Assembly: GCA_038212095.1 (NCBI GenBank)
Contig: JBBQUW010000012.1
Location: 3,526 to 67,525, forward strand
DNA: 64,000 nucleotides
Reading direction: 5' to 3'
From: Gaiellales bacterium
GTDB lineage: Bacteria > Actinomycetota > Thermoleophilia > Gaiellales > JAICJC01
Positions 38,761 through 48,698 of this stretch are shown in pieces (within the stretch, counting starts at the first letter, position 1; each line of letters opens with the position of its first letter). The translations under genes and the position numbers were made by a program. The notes below the pieces were generated by a model that saw nothing but the letters and a program-made list of their open reading frames with translations, was not told where the DNA came from and did no database searches.

Positions 38761-39680
38761 CAGGCCTCCAGTGGTGGCAGCGGATGTCCCTGTGCCTGCA
38801 GGCCGTCCCGCTCGTAGCGGACGGCATCGGCATCGAAGCGGAAGTAGGAACGTGGTGGAAGGATGCCCCAGACGTTCGAGGAGTGGGGGGTGTCGGCCCA
38901 CTCTCGCGGCTCGTGGTCGGGCTCCACCTGTTCCATGTCGCAGTAGCACTCGACCAGCAACGGCTCCTCGGTGATGCGCACATATGCGCACAGGTTCTGT
39001 GCCAGCGCGTGGCGCAGCGGCCCCCACACAAGCCAGCGGCCGTGCTGGCCGAGGTGGTCGAAGAGCACCCGCAGCTCGCCCCAATCGACGTACTCCCAGG
39101 CGAGGTGGTGGAAGTGGGCGTACTCGAACTGCACCAGCGCCATCGCGTGGTGGTCGCTGTTGATCGTGAACCAGTTGCCGGCTCCCAGCAGCCGGTCGGA
39201 TATGCGCATGCCCAGCACGTCGGTGTAGAAGGCGGTCTGTGCGTCCAGATCGGTTGTCAGCAGGTTGACGTGGCCCAGCTTGCGCGGGCGCAACCCGGGC
39301 AGGGTGGTGGTGCTGCGGGCCACCGGCGGCCGGCTGTCGGGCTGCGGGCGGTAGGGCGCGATCTCGATCCCGTTGCCGTCCAGGTCGGCCAGGTGCAGAT
39401 GGCCGTCGCGGTGCTCGAACTCGACGCCGTGGTGGCTGAGGTGGCGGGCGGCGTCGTCAAGCGAGCAGCCGCGCCTCAGCTCCCAGCCGGTGTGGTCGTG
39501 GCCGGGTTCACCACCGCCGATCAGCTCCAGCGAGTAAGGCTCGTACCCGCAGCGAAGGTAGGCGTGGTGGCCGGTGCGCTCCACCTCGCTCAGTCCGAAC
39601 TGGAGGCTCCAGCGCTCGATGGCCTGGTCGAGGTCGCCCACGCGCAGCGCGACGTGGTCGATCCGCCGCAACGCGATCAC
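38760..39680 (-). CDS. VOC-family extradiol ring-cleavage dioxygenase
   Basis: Two VOC domains; LGHVNL, DHH, HHLAW, GPLRH, VE. Confidence 0.85.
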   Translation of the reverse strand: MIALRRIDHVALRVGDLDQAIERWSLQFGLSEVERTGHHAYLRCGYEPYSLELIGGGEPGHDHTGWELRRGCSLDDAARHLSHHGVEFEHRDGHLHLADLDGNGIEIAPYRPQPDSRPPVARSTTTLPGLRPRKLGHVNLLTTDLDAQTAFYTDVLGMRISDRLLGAGNWFTINSDHHAMALVQFEYAHFHHLAWEYVDWGELRVLFDHLGQHGRWLVWGPLRHALAQNLCAYVRITEEPLLVECYCDMEQVEPDHEPREWADTPHSSNVWGILPPRSYFRFDADAVRYERDGLQAQGHPLPPLEA

Positions 39681-40546
39681 GTCCGCTCCGCCGCGGTTAT
39701 CCGCTCGGCCTCGTCCTCGGGAATCGCGAGCGCGACGTGCAGCGTGTTGGCTGATACCTGCAGCTGGTCGCCGGCGCCGGTCAGATCGACGTCCCAGTCG
39801 ACGACCGTGTTGGAGAGCCGTCCCAGCCCGGAGATCTCGACCTCGACCAGGTCGCCCGGCTCCATCGGCCGCGAGTTGGCGGGCGTTCCGGACAGGACGA
39901 CGTCGCCCGGCTCGAGCGTGATCAGCCGGCAGAGGTCAGCCAGCAGGTAGGCGATCGGCCAGATCAGGTCGGCGGCGGTGCCGCGCTGGACAACCTCGCC
40001 GTTCAGGTATGTGCGGAGCTCGAACTCGGTGGGATCGAACTGGTCCGCCGGCACCAGCTCGGGGCCGAAGGGACAGAAGCCGTCCTGTCCCTTCACCCGC
40101 AGCATCGAGCCGCGGTCGGCGTGGCGGAAGTCGTGCAGTCCGACGTCGTTGGCGCAGGCGTACCCGGCGACGTGCGACAGCACCTCGGACTCGGGGACAC
40201 CGTGCATCCGGCGTCCCACGACCACGGCCACTTCTCCCTCGTAGTTCAGGAAGCGCGCACCTCGCGGCCGCCGCAGCGTGCCGTTGTGGCCGTTCAGGGT
40301 GGTGGGGGGTTTCATGAAGTACGACGGCTCAGGGGGCGTGCTGGCGGCGTACTCCTCGACCCGGCTGCGGTAGGTGAGATGGGTGGCGATGATCTTGCTC
40401 GGCTCGACCGGGGCCATGAACCGGGCCTCGGCGATCGCGACCCGGCGCCCGGATTCCAGCAGCACGTCGTCACCATCCAGCCGACCCCAGCTGGGCGACC
40501 CATCGACGTTAAGGCGAACTCGACGCTCGACCACGATTGGATACAA
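39677..40546 (-). CDS. fumarylacetoacetate hydrolase-family protein
   Basis: YEGEV, ANDV, KGQDGFCP, GDVVLSGTP. Confidence 0.9.
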   Translation of the reverse strand: MYPIVVERRVRLNVDGSPSWGRLDGDDVLLESGRRVAIAEARFMAPVEPSKIIATHLTYRSRVEEYAASTPPEPSYFMKPPTTLNGHNGTLRRPRGARFLNYEGEVAVVVGRRMHGVPESEVLSHVAGYACANDVGLHDFRHADRGSMLRVKGQDGFCPFGPELVPADQFDPTEFELRTYLNGEVVQRGTAADLIWPIAYLLADLCRLITLEPGDVVLSGTPANSRPMEPGDLVEVEISGLGRLSNTVVDWDVDLTGAGDQLQVSANTLHVALAIPEDEAERITAAERT

Positions 40547-40627
40547 TATGCGCTTGACCGCGGGCGGTCAAGCCGGCCGCCACGGCCGGCTCGCTACAGT
40601 GGCCCAACCACGACGGGAGGATTTCCA

Positions 40628-40993
40628 ATGCAGCAGCAGACCCCGCGGCAGCGCGGATTGGAGCGGCTCGCCGAGCTCGGCGACGAGCCCGGCGGTGACG
40701 CGTTCATCGAGCGCATGGGCAGCCCGATGGGGGAGTGGCTGGTCGACTGGGTGTTCGGCGAGGTGCACACGCGCGACGGACTGACGGCGCGCGAGCGAGA
40801 GCTGATCATCGTCGCCGTGCTGACCGCGATCGGCGGCTCCGAGCCGCAGGTGGCCGCGCACATCCGGGCGCTGCGCGCGATCGACGTGCCGTGGCAGGAG
40901 ATCGAGGAGACGATCCTTCAGACCGCTCCCTACGCCGGCTTCCCGCGCGCGATCAACGCGCTCAAGGTGCTGCGAACGGAGCAGGGGCGATGA
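40628..40993 (+). CDS. carboxymuconolactone decarboxylase-family protein
   Basis: FGEV..R.GL..RERELI, YAGFPRAIN. Confidence 0.88.
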   Translation: MQQQTPRQRGLERLAELGDEPGGDAFIERMGSPMGEWLVDWVFGEVHTRDGLTARERELIIVAVLTAIGGSEPQVAAHIRALRAIDVPWQEIEETILQTAPYAGFPRAINALKVLRTEQGR

Positions 40994-41820
40994 GGGCGGT
41001 GCGGTTCGTCGATCCCTCCGGATCGATCAAGCTGGGTCGGCTCGAGGGTGACGTGATCTACGACGCCGGGCCGGCTGGGCCAAACGGATTTGTTCCCAGT
41101 CCCGAAGGCTGGCAGCAGGTTGCCGACGCTGCCGGGCTGGCCCACCCGCTGGACGACGTCCGCCTGCTTCATCCGACGGTGCCGAACAAGCTGATCGCGA
41201 TCGGCCTCAACTACCGCGACCACGCCGAGGAGTCCGAGCTCGAGATCCCGGCCGTTCCCGTGGTGTTCGCGAAGTGGACGACGTCGCTGATCGGCCATCG
41301 CCAGGCGATCGTGGTACCCCGCGAGGAGACGCGCCCGGACTACGAGGGTGAGGTGGCGGTCGTGCTTGGCCACGAGGTCTACCGAGCCGACGCCGCGCGG
41401 GCGCGGGCGGCGGTGGGTGGACTCAGCGCCTTCCATGACGTGTCCGGCCGTCGCGCCCAACTGGAGACGCCTCTGCGCCAGTTCACGCTCGGCAAGAGCT
41501 TCGACACGTTCGCGCCGATGGGGCCGTGCGTCGCCTCGGCAGAGGGCGTCGACCTTGCCGACATCGAGACCGAGTGCAGCGTCAACGGCGAGCGGCGGCA
41601 GGCGTCCTCGACGCGGAATCTGATCTTTTCGGTGGTCGAACTGATCGTCTACCTGTCGCAGGGGATGACGCTGCAGGCGGGCGACGTGATCGCGACCGGC
41701 ACGCCCGGCGGCGTGGGCGACTCGCGCGTGCCGCCGCTCTACCTGGCCGAAGGCGACGTGGTGGATGTGACCGTGGCGGGCGTGGGCACCCTGTCCAACT
41801 CGGTCACGCTGGAGCGCTAG
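40990..41820 (+). CDS. fumarylacetoacetate hydrolase-family protein
   Basis: GLNYRDH, DYEGE, GKSFDTFAPMGP, GDVIATGTP. Confidence 0.92.
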   Translation: MRAVRFVDPSGSIKLGRLEGDVIYDAGPAGPNGFVPSPEGWQQVADAAGLAHPLDDVRLLHPTVPNKLIAIGLNYRDHAEESELEIPAVPVVFAKWTTSLIGHRQAIVVPREETRPDYEGEVAVVLGHEVYRADAARARAAVGGLSAFHDVSGRRAQLETPLRQFTLGKSFDTFAPMGPCVASAEGVDLADIETECSVNGERRQASSTRNLIFSVVELIVYLSQGMTLQAGDVIATGTPGGVGDSRVPPLYLAEGDVVDVTVAGVGTLSNSVTLER

Positions 41821-41842
41821 CGGCGTACGTCCGTGGGCAGGT

Positions 41843-42021
41843 GGTGCCAGGCACCGCGCGTCCGGTGCCTGGCACCGATCCGCGTTCGGGCGGCAGCCGC
41901 ACGGTGGGCACTGAGCTGGTTTCTGGCTCAACCATGCCCGGCAGCGACCAGTGGGCGCGCGTGCCATGAGCGTGGTCGGCAGACGGTGGTGCCAGGCACC
42001 GCGTGCCGCGTGCCTGGCACC
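41843..42021. repeat. GGTGCC(A/T)GGCACC palindromic repeats (two pairs)
   Basis: Intergenic between convergent genes; same unit as 32002-32066. Confidence 0.75.
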
Positions 42022-42036
42022 GAGGCGCGGCTCGCG

Positions 42037-43641
42037 CTACTCCGCCCGCCAGACCACCCTGCCGTCGACCACCGTCAGCAGCACCGGCAGCTCGACCAGA
42101 TCGTCCGCGTCGCACTCCACCGGATCGTGTGCGAAACCGGTCAGTTCGCCCCGGTACCCGGGTGCGATCCTGCCCGCCACGGCCTGCTCCGAGACCGCCA
42201 GCGCGGCCTGGGTGGTGTAGCCCTCAAGCGACTCGAGCGCGGTCAGCCGCTGGTGTGGCATATACGGCTGCTCCGACCGGCGGCCGGGATGGCGCCGCAG
42301 GCGCGCCCAGGCCATGCCGAGCCGCGGATCGTAGCCGGCCACCGGCCAGTCCGAGCCCAGCGCCAGCACCGCCCCTGACCGGCGCAGATCCGCGGAGCGA
42401 AACCCGCGGCCGCAGCGATCCGGGCCCAGCGCGACGCTCCACGGATCGCTCTGGTCGGCCGTCATCCACTGCAGGTGAAGCGCCTGCTGCGACGCCGCCA
42501 CACCCTCGGCGGCGAACCGCGGCAGTTGGTCGTCGCGCATCGTCTCGATGTGCTCCACCCTGTGCGGGCCGCGCGCGACCCGTCCCGCCGCCCTGTAGGC
42601 GTCGAGCGCGCAACGCACCGCTCGATCGCCGATCGCGTGGGTGATCGAGGGCGCACCGACCTGCGCGAAGCGGCGGATCACGTCGGCATAGCGGGCGGGA
42701 TCGGGCCAGTTGGGCTCCAGCCCGCGGCCGTCGCTGTCCGGCTCCTCCAGCCAGGCGGTGCCCGGTTCGACAACGCCGTCGATGAACAGCTTTGCCCAGC
42801 CCGATCGCCACAGCCGTCCGCCGTCGGCGCCTGCCGCGATCGCCTCGTCGATCTCGTCGTCGGACATCGTCGGCTGGACGGTGAACGGCACCACCTGCCG
42901 CACGGTCAGCAGCCCGCGCCGCTCCAGTTCACGGCACTCACCCGGCGTGGCAAGCGTGCCGTCCATCATGTGCGCAGCCGTCAGGCCAACCTTGTTCATT
43001 GCCGCCAGCCCGGCCGCGATCAGCGCCAGCCGCTGCTCCTGATCCGGCGCCGGCATCGCCGCCGCGACCAACTGGATCGCGTTCTCGCGCAGCTCACCGG
43101 TGGGCCGGCCGTCCGGGCGGCAGACGATCTCGGAGGCGTCGTCGAAGCTACGGGCGCCGGTGATGCCGGCCGTAGCCAGCGCTGGTGGTGTGGCCAGTGC
43201 CGTGTGGAAGTCGAAGAAGCTGAGCAGCGCCGGGTTGCCGCCGACGGCATCCGCGAACAGCTCACCGCTTGCCTCGAGCCCGTCGAAAACGCGGTACTCG
43301 AGCGAGTAGCCGGTGACCCACGCTCCCTCACCGCAGCGTCGCCGCTCGGCGGCCAACCGGTCGCGCACCTCGTCCACCGTCGCCGCGCCGGACAGGTCGG
43401 CTCCCTGCGTCTCGATCGCCCCCATGAAGGAGTGGATGTGCGAGTCGGTCAGACCGGGCACGATCGCGATCCCGGCGCCGTCGATCACCTCAGTGGCGGG
43501 ACGACAGGCGGCGCGCACCTCCTCGTCGCTGCCGACCGCAACGATCTGTCCATCCCGGATGGCGACGGCGCTGGCCGTGGGACGGGCTGGATCGAGCGTG
43601 CGGATGCGAGCGCCGACCACCGCTAGGTCAGGCATCGTCAT
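42037..43641 (-). CDS. amidohydrolase family 3 (YtcJ-like)
   Basis: PGLTDSHIH, KLFIDG, HAIGD, RVEH, GSDWP. Confidence 0.9.
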   Translation of the reverse strand: MTMPDLAVVGARIRTLDPARPTASAVAIRDGQIVAVGSDEEVRAACRPATEVIDGAGIAIVPGLTDSHIHSFMGAIETQGADLSGAATVDEVRDRLAAERRRCGEGAWVTGYSLEYRVFDGLEASGELFADAVGGNPALLSFFDFHTALATPPALATAGITGARSFDDASEIVCRPDGRPTGELRENAIQLVAAAMPAPDQEQRLALIAAGLAAMNKVGLTAAHMMDGTLATPGECRELERRGLLTVRQVVPFTVQPTMSDDEIDEAIAAGADGGRLWRSGWAKLFIDGVVEPGTAWLEEPDSDGRGLEPNWPDPARYADVIRRFAQVGAPSITHAIGDRAVRCALDAYRAAGRVARGPHRVEHIETMRDDQLPRFAAEGVAASQQALHLQWMTADQSDPWSVALGPDRCGRGFRSADLRRSGAVLALGSDWPVAGYDPRLGMAWARLRRHPGRRSEQPYMPHQRLTALESLEGYTTQAALAVSEQAVAGRIAPGYRGELTGFAHDPVECDADDLVELPVLLTVVDGRVVWRAE

Positions 43642-44311
43642 CCTCCTGGAGCGGCGCGACCGGGGGATGCGCCGAGATGTGCTCTCGGGTCAGGCGCTCG
43701 GCCAGCCCGGGGTCGCCGGCCTCGATCGCGTCCACGATCCGCTCGTGCTCATCGGCCCAGTTCGGCTCGGCACCGCGGTCTGCTGCCTGAGCCTCGTAGA
43801 TCGGCATGCCGATCCGGGGCACCCACAGCATCTCGGCGAACCGGGTCAGATGGGGGTTGCCTGAGGCCGCCGCCAGGGCCAGGTGGAAGTCGCGGTTGGC
43901 GGCGTACCTCTGCGCCTTGTCGACGCGCGCCCGTCGCTGCTGGGCGAGAGCCTCGCGCAGGCCGGCGATCGCGGCCGGATCCCGCAGGTGCGCAGCCAGC
44001 CGTGCGGCGCCCGGCTCCAGCGCCACCCGCGCCGACCAGGCGTGGCGCATGTCACCGAAGTCCAGCTCCGACACGGTCGCGCCGCGGTTGGGAGAGAACT
44101 CGACCAGCCCCTCGGTCGAGAGGCGGCGCAGGGCCTCGCGCAGCGGAGTCCGCGAGACGCCCAACTCGTCCGCCAGCAGAGCCTGGCGAAGACGAGTGCC
44201 GCGCGGCAGATCGCCGGACAGGATCCGTTCACGAAGGGCGGCGTAGACGTGGTCGACCACGCTGTGGATCTGCAGCGGTGCGGCGGGCGGGGCGGTCGGC
44301 TGCGCGCTCAT
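43628..44311 (-). CDS. GntR/FadR-family (FCD) transcriptional regulator
   Basis: LGVSRTPLREAL, NRDFH, EH..IV.AI. Confidence 0.92.
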   Translation of the reverse strand: MSAQPTAPPAAPLQIHSVVDHVYAALRERILSGDLPRGTRLRQALLADELGVSRTPLREALRRLSTEGLVEFSPNRGATVSELDFGDMRHAWSARVALEPGAARLAAHLRDPAAIAGLREALAQQRRARVDKAQRYAANRDFHLALAAASGNPHLTRFAEMLWVPRIGMPIYEAQAADRGAEPNWADEHERIVDAIEAGDPGLAERLTREHISAHPPVAPLQEDDDA

Positions 44312-44316
44312 GGTCT

Positions 44317-44398
44317 TTGCATACATTACGCGATCACCCAGGAGGGTCAAGCGGCGGGGATCTTGACATTGATCCGATCAGGATGCGAATGTATCCAA
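44317..44398. promoter_or_regulatory. putative GntR operators (TTGNATACA near-palindrome)
   Basis: TTGCATACAT (44317) and ATGTATCCAA (44389); TTGGATACAA also at 40537, in the other divergent region of the cluster. Confidence 0.45.
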
Positions 44399-44425
44399 GT
44401 TGTTCCGATACCCAGGAGGGTGAAC

Positions 44426-45976
44426 ATGACAGTGTCTGCATCACCAACGCCCGACGGCGGTCAGCTGGGCGAGAAGCGGCTGGGTACCATCCACGCGGTC
44501 GCCCAAGCGCTCGCGATCGGCCCGATGTTCTCGGTCGCGCTGGTGCTGGGAGGCGCCTCGCGGCCCGACATCGGTGCTGGTTGGAACGCCGCCCTGGCCG
44601 TGCTGCTGGCCGGGCTCGGCGTGATGGCGATCGCGTACTCGCTCTCGCTGTTCGCGCGGCGCTACGCCGGCGCCGGCGCCGTGTACGAGTACCTCACGCA
44701 CGGCGCGCACCCAGCGGTCGGCATCTTCACCGCCGGTGTCTTCTTCCTCGGCACGTTGCTGCTTGGCGGCGGTGGTATCTACCTCGGTCTGGGCATCCTC
44801 ACCAACGGCTTCTGGGCGGCTCACATAGGCAACGCCGGCAATGCGCCCGCGTGGTGGGTGCTGGGTCTGGTGGCGCTGGCGATCGTGCTCGCCCTCAACT
44901 ACCTGGGTGTGCGGATCGCGATCCGGGCGATGCTCACGTTCGCCGCCATCTCGTTCATCCCGATGCTGCTGCTGGCGCTGATCATCATCGTCAAAGGTGG
45001 CGACAGCGGCAACACGCTGTCCATGTTCAACCCTGGTGAGACGTCGCTTTTGGGCGTCACCGGTGGCGGCGTGCTGGGAGGCGTCCTGCTGGGAATCCTG
45101 CTGTTCGTCGGCTTCGAGGCCGCCGCGTCGATTGGCGAGGAGAGTTCAGACCCGCACCGCTCGATCCCGCGCGCGCTGCTGTGGACGGTGGGCGTCTCGG
45201 GCGTGTTCTTCGTGATCATGTCCTACGCCTTCTCGATCGGCTACGGCAAGGCCGCCGTCAGCCAGGGCAGCTGGGCGTTTTCGGCCGGCCCGGTGGACGA
45301 GATGGCGACGCGATACGTCGGCTCGTGGTACGCCACGATCCTCGACCTGGTCGTGATCCTCGATGCGACGGCGCTGGCGCTCGCCATCTGCGTCACGATC
45401 GGCCGCGGCTACTTCGCGCTTGGCCGTGACGGTCTGCTGCCGTCCGTGTTCGCCCGCACCTCGCGCCACAACACGCCGTGGGTTGCCAACCTGATGGTGA
45501 TCGTGGGCGGCGTCGGGCTGATGCTGGTGGTGCACTTCATGAACTACGGCACGAAGTTCGTGATCGGCACACCCCAGGGCCCGGTGCCGCTGTTCCCCAA
45601 CGACGAATTCGCGACCTTCATCGTCGCCGCCACCGCCGGTTCGTTTCTGATCGAGTTGGTCTACCTGATCCTGTCCGTGGTCGCGATCCGGCTGCTGGTC
45701 AAGCATGGTGCGGAGTGGTGGCAGTACCTGGTCGTGCTGGTGGCGGTGTTGACGCCGATCGCAGGCTTCTACGGCGCGCTCAACCCATCACCGCACGACC
45801 GCACCAACTACAACTGGGAGGCGTTGTACTGGTCGTTGGGTGTGATCGCTCTGAGTGCGATCTGGTTCGCGGCAGTGCAGGTGCTGCGCCCCGACAACGT
45901 GCGCAACGCGGCATCCCATGCCGCTCAGCACCACGGCGTGACGCCGCTGGATGAGAACCTCGAGACGACGATCTAG
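44426..45976 (+). CDS. APC-family amino acid/amine permease
   Basis: About 12 TM segments; FVGFEAAASIGEE, GRDGLLP. Confidence 0.9.
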   Translation: MTVSASPTPDGGQLGEKRLGTIHAVAQALAIGPMFSVALVLGGASRPDIGAGWNAALAVLLAGLGVMAIAYSLSLFARRYAGAGAVYEYLTHGAHPAVGIFTAGVFFLGTLLLGGGGIYLGLGILTNGFWAAHIGNAGNAPAWWVLGLVALAIVLALNYLGVRIAIRAMLTFAAISFIPMLLLALIIIVKGGDSGNTLSMFNPGETSLLGVTGGGVLGGVLLGILLFVGFEAAASIGEESSDPHRSIPRALLWTVGVSGVFFVIMSYAFSIGYGKAAVSQGSWAFSAGPVDEMATRYVGSWYATILDLVVILDATALALAICVTIGRGYFALGRDGLLPSVFARTSRHNTPWVANLMVIVGGVGLMLVVHFMNYGTKFVIGTPQGPVPLFPNDEFATFIVAATAGSFLIELVYLILSVVAIRLLVKHGAEWWQYLVVLVAVLTPIAGFYGALNPSPHDRTNYNWEALYWSLGVIALSAIWFAAVQVLRPDNVRNAASHAAQHHGVTPLDENLETTI

Positions 45977-45984
45977 GCGGCGTT

Positions 45985-46018
45985 CCTCGCCCGCCGGCCC
46001 TTTCGCCGGCGGGCGAGG
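45985..46018. terminator. GC-rich hairpin downstream of permease
   Basis: CCTCGCCCGCCGGC / GCCGGCGGGCGAGG inverted repeat. Confidence 0.6.
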
Positions 46019-46060
46019 CGTGCTACAACTTGGGCACGCGATTTGTGACAGGAGATACGA

Positions 46061-46501
46061 ATGCGTGTAGCCGAGATCATGCAGACCGAGCTGGTGACCT
46101 GCGATCAGGACACCACCACCGTGGCTGCAACCGTCCTGATGGGGGAGCGCGGCGTGGGAGCGATCCTGGTGATGGACGGGCCGCGGCTGGCCGGCATCTT
46201 TACCGAGCGCGACCTGTTGCGCGTGTTCGCCAGCGGTGACGATCTGCGCGAGCGCACGGTCGGCGAGCTGATGACGCGCGACGTGACCATGGCCCCGCCG
46301 GATGCCGATGTGATCTGGGCGGCCGACACGATGAAGCGGATCAGGTCCCGCCACCTGCCGGTGGGCGAGGATGGCATGGTGGCCGGCATAGTGTCGCTGC
46401 GCGACCTGTTCGTGACCGCGGAGGCGGTGCTGCGGCTCGACCCCGATGGTGCCGCCGCCGCGCGCGAGATGCTGGCAGCCGCCAGCGGTCGCCAAGCGTA
46501 A
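46061..46501 (+). CDS. CBS domain protein
   Basis: VAEIM, GIFTERD, RHLPV, GIVSLRD. Confidence 0.92.
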   Translation: MRVAEIMQTELVTCDQDTTTVAATVLMGERGVGAILVMDGPRLAGIFTERDLLRVFASGDDLRERTVGELMTRDVTMAPPDADVIWAADTMKRIRSRHLPVGEDGMVAGIVSLRDLFVTAEAVLRLDPDGAAAAREMLAAASGRQA

Positions 46502-46523
46502 CGCGCAGCCCGTCGAGAGGTCC

Positions 46524-47786
46524 TTAGGCCGGCGTCGTTGCAGAGACCTGTGACAGCGTCTCGGCGAACACTGAGGCGATCAGCGCGATCTCGCTCTCGC
46601 CGATCACGAACGGCGGCGACACCTGCAGCGAGTGGCCTGCCAGACCGCGCGTCAGCACGCCGCGGTCGCGGCAACCCGCCACGATCCGGTCGACCAGGCC
46701 GGGGTCGGCAGCCCGGGCCCGCTCGTCGATCTCGATCGCGGCCAGGAGCCCGACTCCCGCTCGCACCTCGCTGACCAGCGGCAGCTCGACCAACGGCCGC
46801 ATGGCATCTGCCACCAGCGGCTCGAGCCGCGTGACGCGCTGCAACAGCCCCTCCCGCTCCAGGATCTCGAGGTTGGCAAGCGCGGCGGCGCAGACGCTGG
46901 GATGGCCAGAGTAGGTGTAGCCGTGCCGGAACAGCGCCTTGCCCGGTGTAGTCCAGAACGGCTCCTGGATGCGCGGCGACGCGATCACGGCGCCAAGCGG
47001 CAGATAGCCTGAGGTGATGCCCTTGGCGCAGGTGATGATGTCGGGCGTGATACCGAAGCGATGGCAGCCGAACCATGTCCCCAGCCGGCCGAAGCCGCAG
47101 ACCACCTCGTCGGCGATCAGCAGCACGTCATGGGCGGCGCACAGCTCCTGCACCCGCTGCCAGTAGCCGGGCGTGGGATGGAAGATGCCACCGGCGCCGG
47201 TCACCGGCTCGCCGATGAAGGCGGCGATCGAGTCGCCGCTCTGCTCGAACAGCCGCTCCAGCGCCGCGGTGTCGTCATTGCCGACGGTGGCCGTTTCGGT
47301 CAGCAGCGGGCCGAACCCCTCGCGGTTGGCCGGAATGCCGGCCAGGCTGGTGCCGTACGCGTTCATGCCGTGGTAGCTGCGCTCGCGGTGCACGATCGTG
47401 CGCTTCTGCGGCCTGCCCAGCGCGTGCCAGTAGCGCAGCGCGAGCTTGCCCGCGGTATCGACCGCGTCCGATCCGCCGTTGGCGAAGAAGACGGCGCTGC
47501 CGGCCACCGGCGCCAGCGCCGAGACACGCTCTGCCAGCTCGATCGCGGGCCGGTTGGCGGTGCTGCCGAAGATGTCGTAGCAGGCGAGCTCGCGCATCTG
47601 GGCGGCGGCAGCGTCAGCGATCTCGCTGCGGCCATGGCCGACGCTGCAGTACCAGAGGCCGCCCTTCGCATCGACGTACTCGCGTCCCTGCTCGTCCCAG
47701 ACGCGCGCACCCTCACCGCGAGCGACGACGAACTCGCCATCCTTGACGAGTGCCATGTCCGCGAATGGGTGCCACAGCCTGCTCAT
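46524..47786 (-). CDS. class III aminotransferase
   Basis: SYHG, DEVVCGFGRLG, AKGITSGY, HGYTYSGH. Confidence 0.93.
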   Translation of the reverse strand: MSRLWHPFADMALVKDGEFVVARGEGARVWDEQGREYVDAKGGLWYCSVGHGRSEIADAAAAQMRELACYDIFGSTANRPAIELAERVSALAPVAGSAVFFANGGSDAVDTAGKLALRYWHALGRPQKRTIVHRERSYHGMNAYGTSLAGIPANREGFGPLLTETATVGNDDTAALERLFEQSGDSIAAFIGEPVTGAGGIFHPTPGYWQRVQELCAAHDVLLIADEVVCGFGRLGTWFGCHRFGITPDIITCAKGITSGYLPLGAVIASPRIQEPFWTTPGKALFRHGYTYSGHPSVCAAALANLEILEREGLLQRVTRLEPLVADAMRPLVELPLVSEVRAGVGLLAAIEIDERARAADPGLVDRIVAGCRDRGVLTRGLAGHSLQVSPPFVIGESEIALIASVFAETLSQVSATTPA

Positions 47787-47838
47787 GCCGTGGACGATAT
47801 CAGCGCCTGGAACAGCGGCGCGCTGTGCTCACGCGTAC

Positions 47839-48315
47839 TCAGGAAGCGGCGATCGCCGACAGCGTGGCCGCGCCAAGCGCCACCGCGCCGCGATCGATGT
47901 CGCCAACGCGGCGTACCATCTCGTTCTCGAGGGCGTCGCTGGCCTGGCGAGCGAGCCTGCGGCCCTCGTCGGTCAGCCGCGTCTGGCCCTGCGCGCCGCT
48001 TCGTACGGCGTAGCCGCGCGCAGCAAGGCGCAGCGCGATCTGCTTGGCCTGGCTGAGGCTGGCCGCCAGCAGCTCGGCCAGCACACGCGTGTTGACGGCC
48101 TCGCTGTCGGGACAATCACTGAGCAGGAGCAGCGCGTACAGCTCCATGGGGCGCAGGTCGACGTCGCGCGCAATCTCCAACACGGATCGGTCGAGGGTTC
48201 GAAGCAGCCGCAGCCCTGCCGGCACACCGGTGGGCGCGTCCAGTGCAGCGGGAGGGGGATTGGTAACTAGCGCGAGTCGGACAGCGCTGCGGCTGATGGT
48301 GTGATGCACGCCCAT
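47839..48315 (-). CDS. MarR-like winged-helix protein (start uncertain)
   Basis: LAELL..S.SQ...RL..RGY...RLTDEGR. Confidence 0.55.
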   Translation of the reverse strand: MGVHHTISRSAVRLALVTNPPPAALDAPTGVPAGLRLLRTLDRSVLEIARDVDLRPMELYALLLLSDCPDSEAVNTRVLAELLAASLSQAKQIALRLAARGYAVRSGAQGQTRLTDEGRRLARQASDALENEMVRRVGDIDRGAVALGAATLSAIAAS

Positions 48316-48698
48316 GGCGGCATGATCCCTCAGCCGCGGCCGCGGCGCCCTCGCCGTTTTGCGGTATCTTTTGGCTGCGTTGTGGTGACGTCAGCGATCG
48401 CCGTCGCGCCGCTCACCCTCGCCGGGCGGGTCGTCCGACAGCTCGCCGAAGCCGTGTTGTTCGAGCAGCTTGGCGACCGCGATCCAGCTTCGTGGCTGGT
48501 TCGTGGTGGTCGCGGCGGCGTCGGGGCTGTCGGCAGAAGGGTGCATGGGCGCGTGACGCTAGCTGCCGCGGACGCCCCGCGCAACTCCCATCCACGCAGT
48601 TTGCGAAGATCTGCTGAAGGCGCGGGAAGCGGGTGCGGTGGGACTACCATGCGCCCGCTGGCCGGCGGTCATTCGGCATCCGACGAACGGAGATCTCC

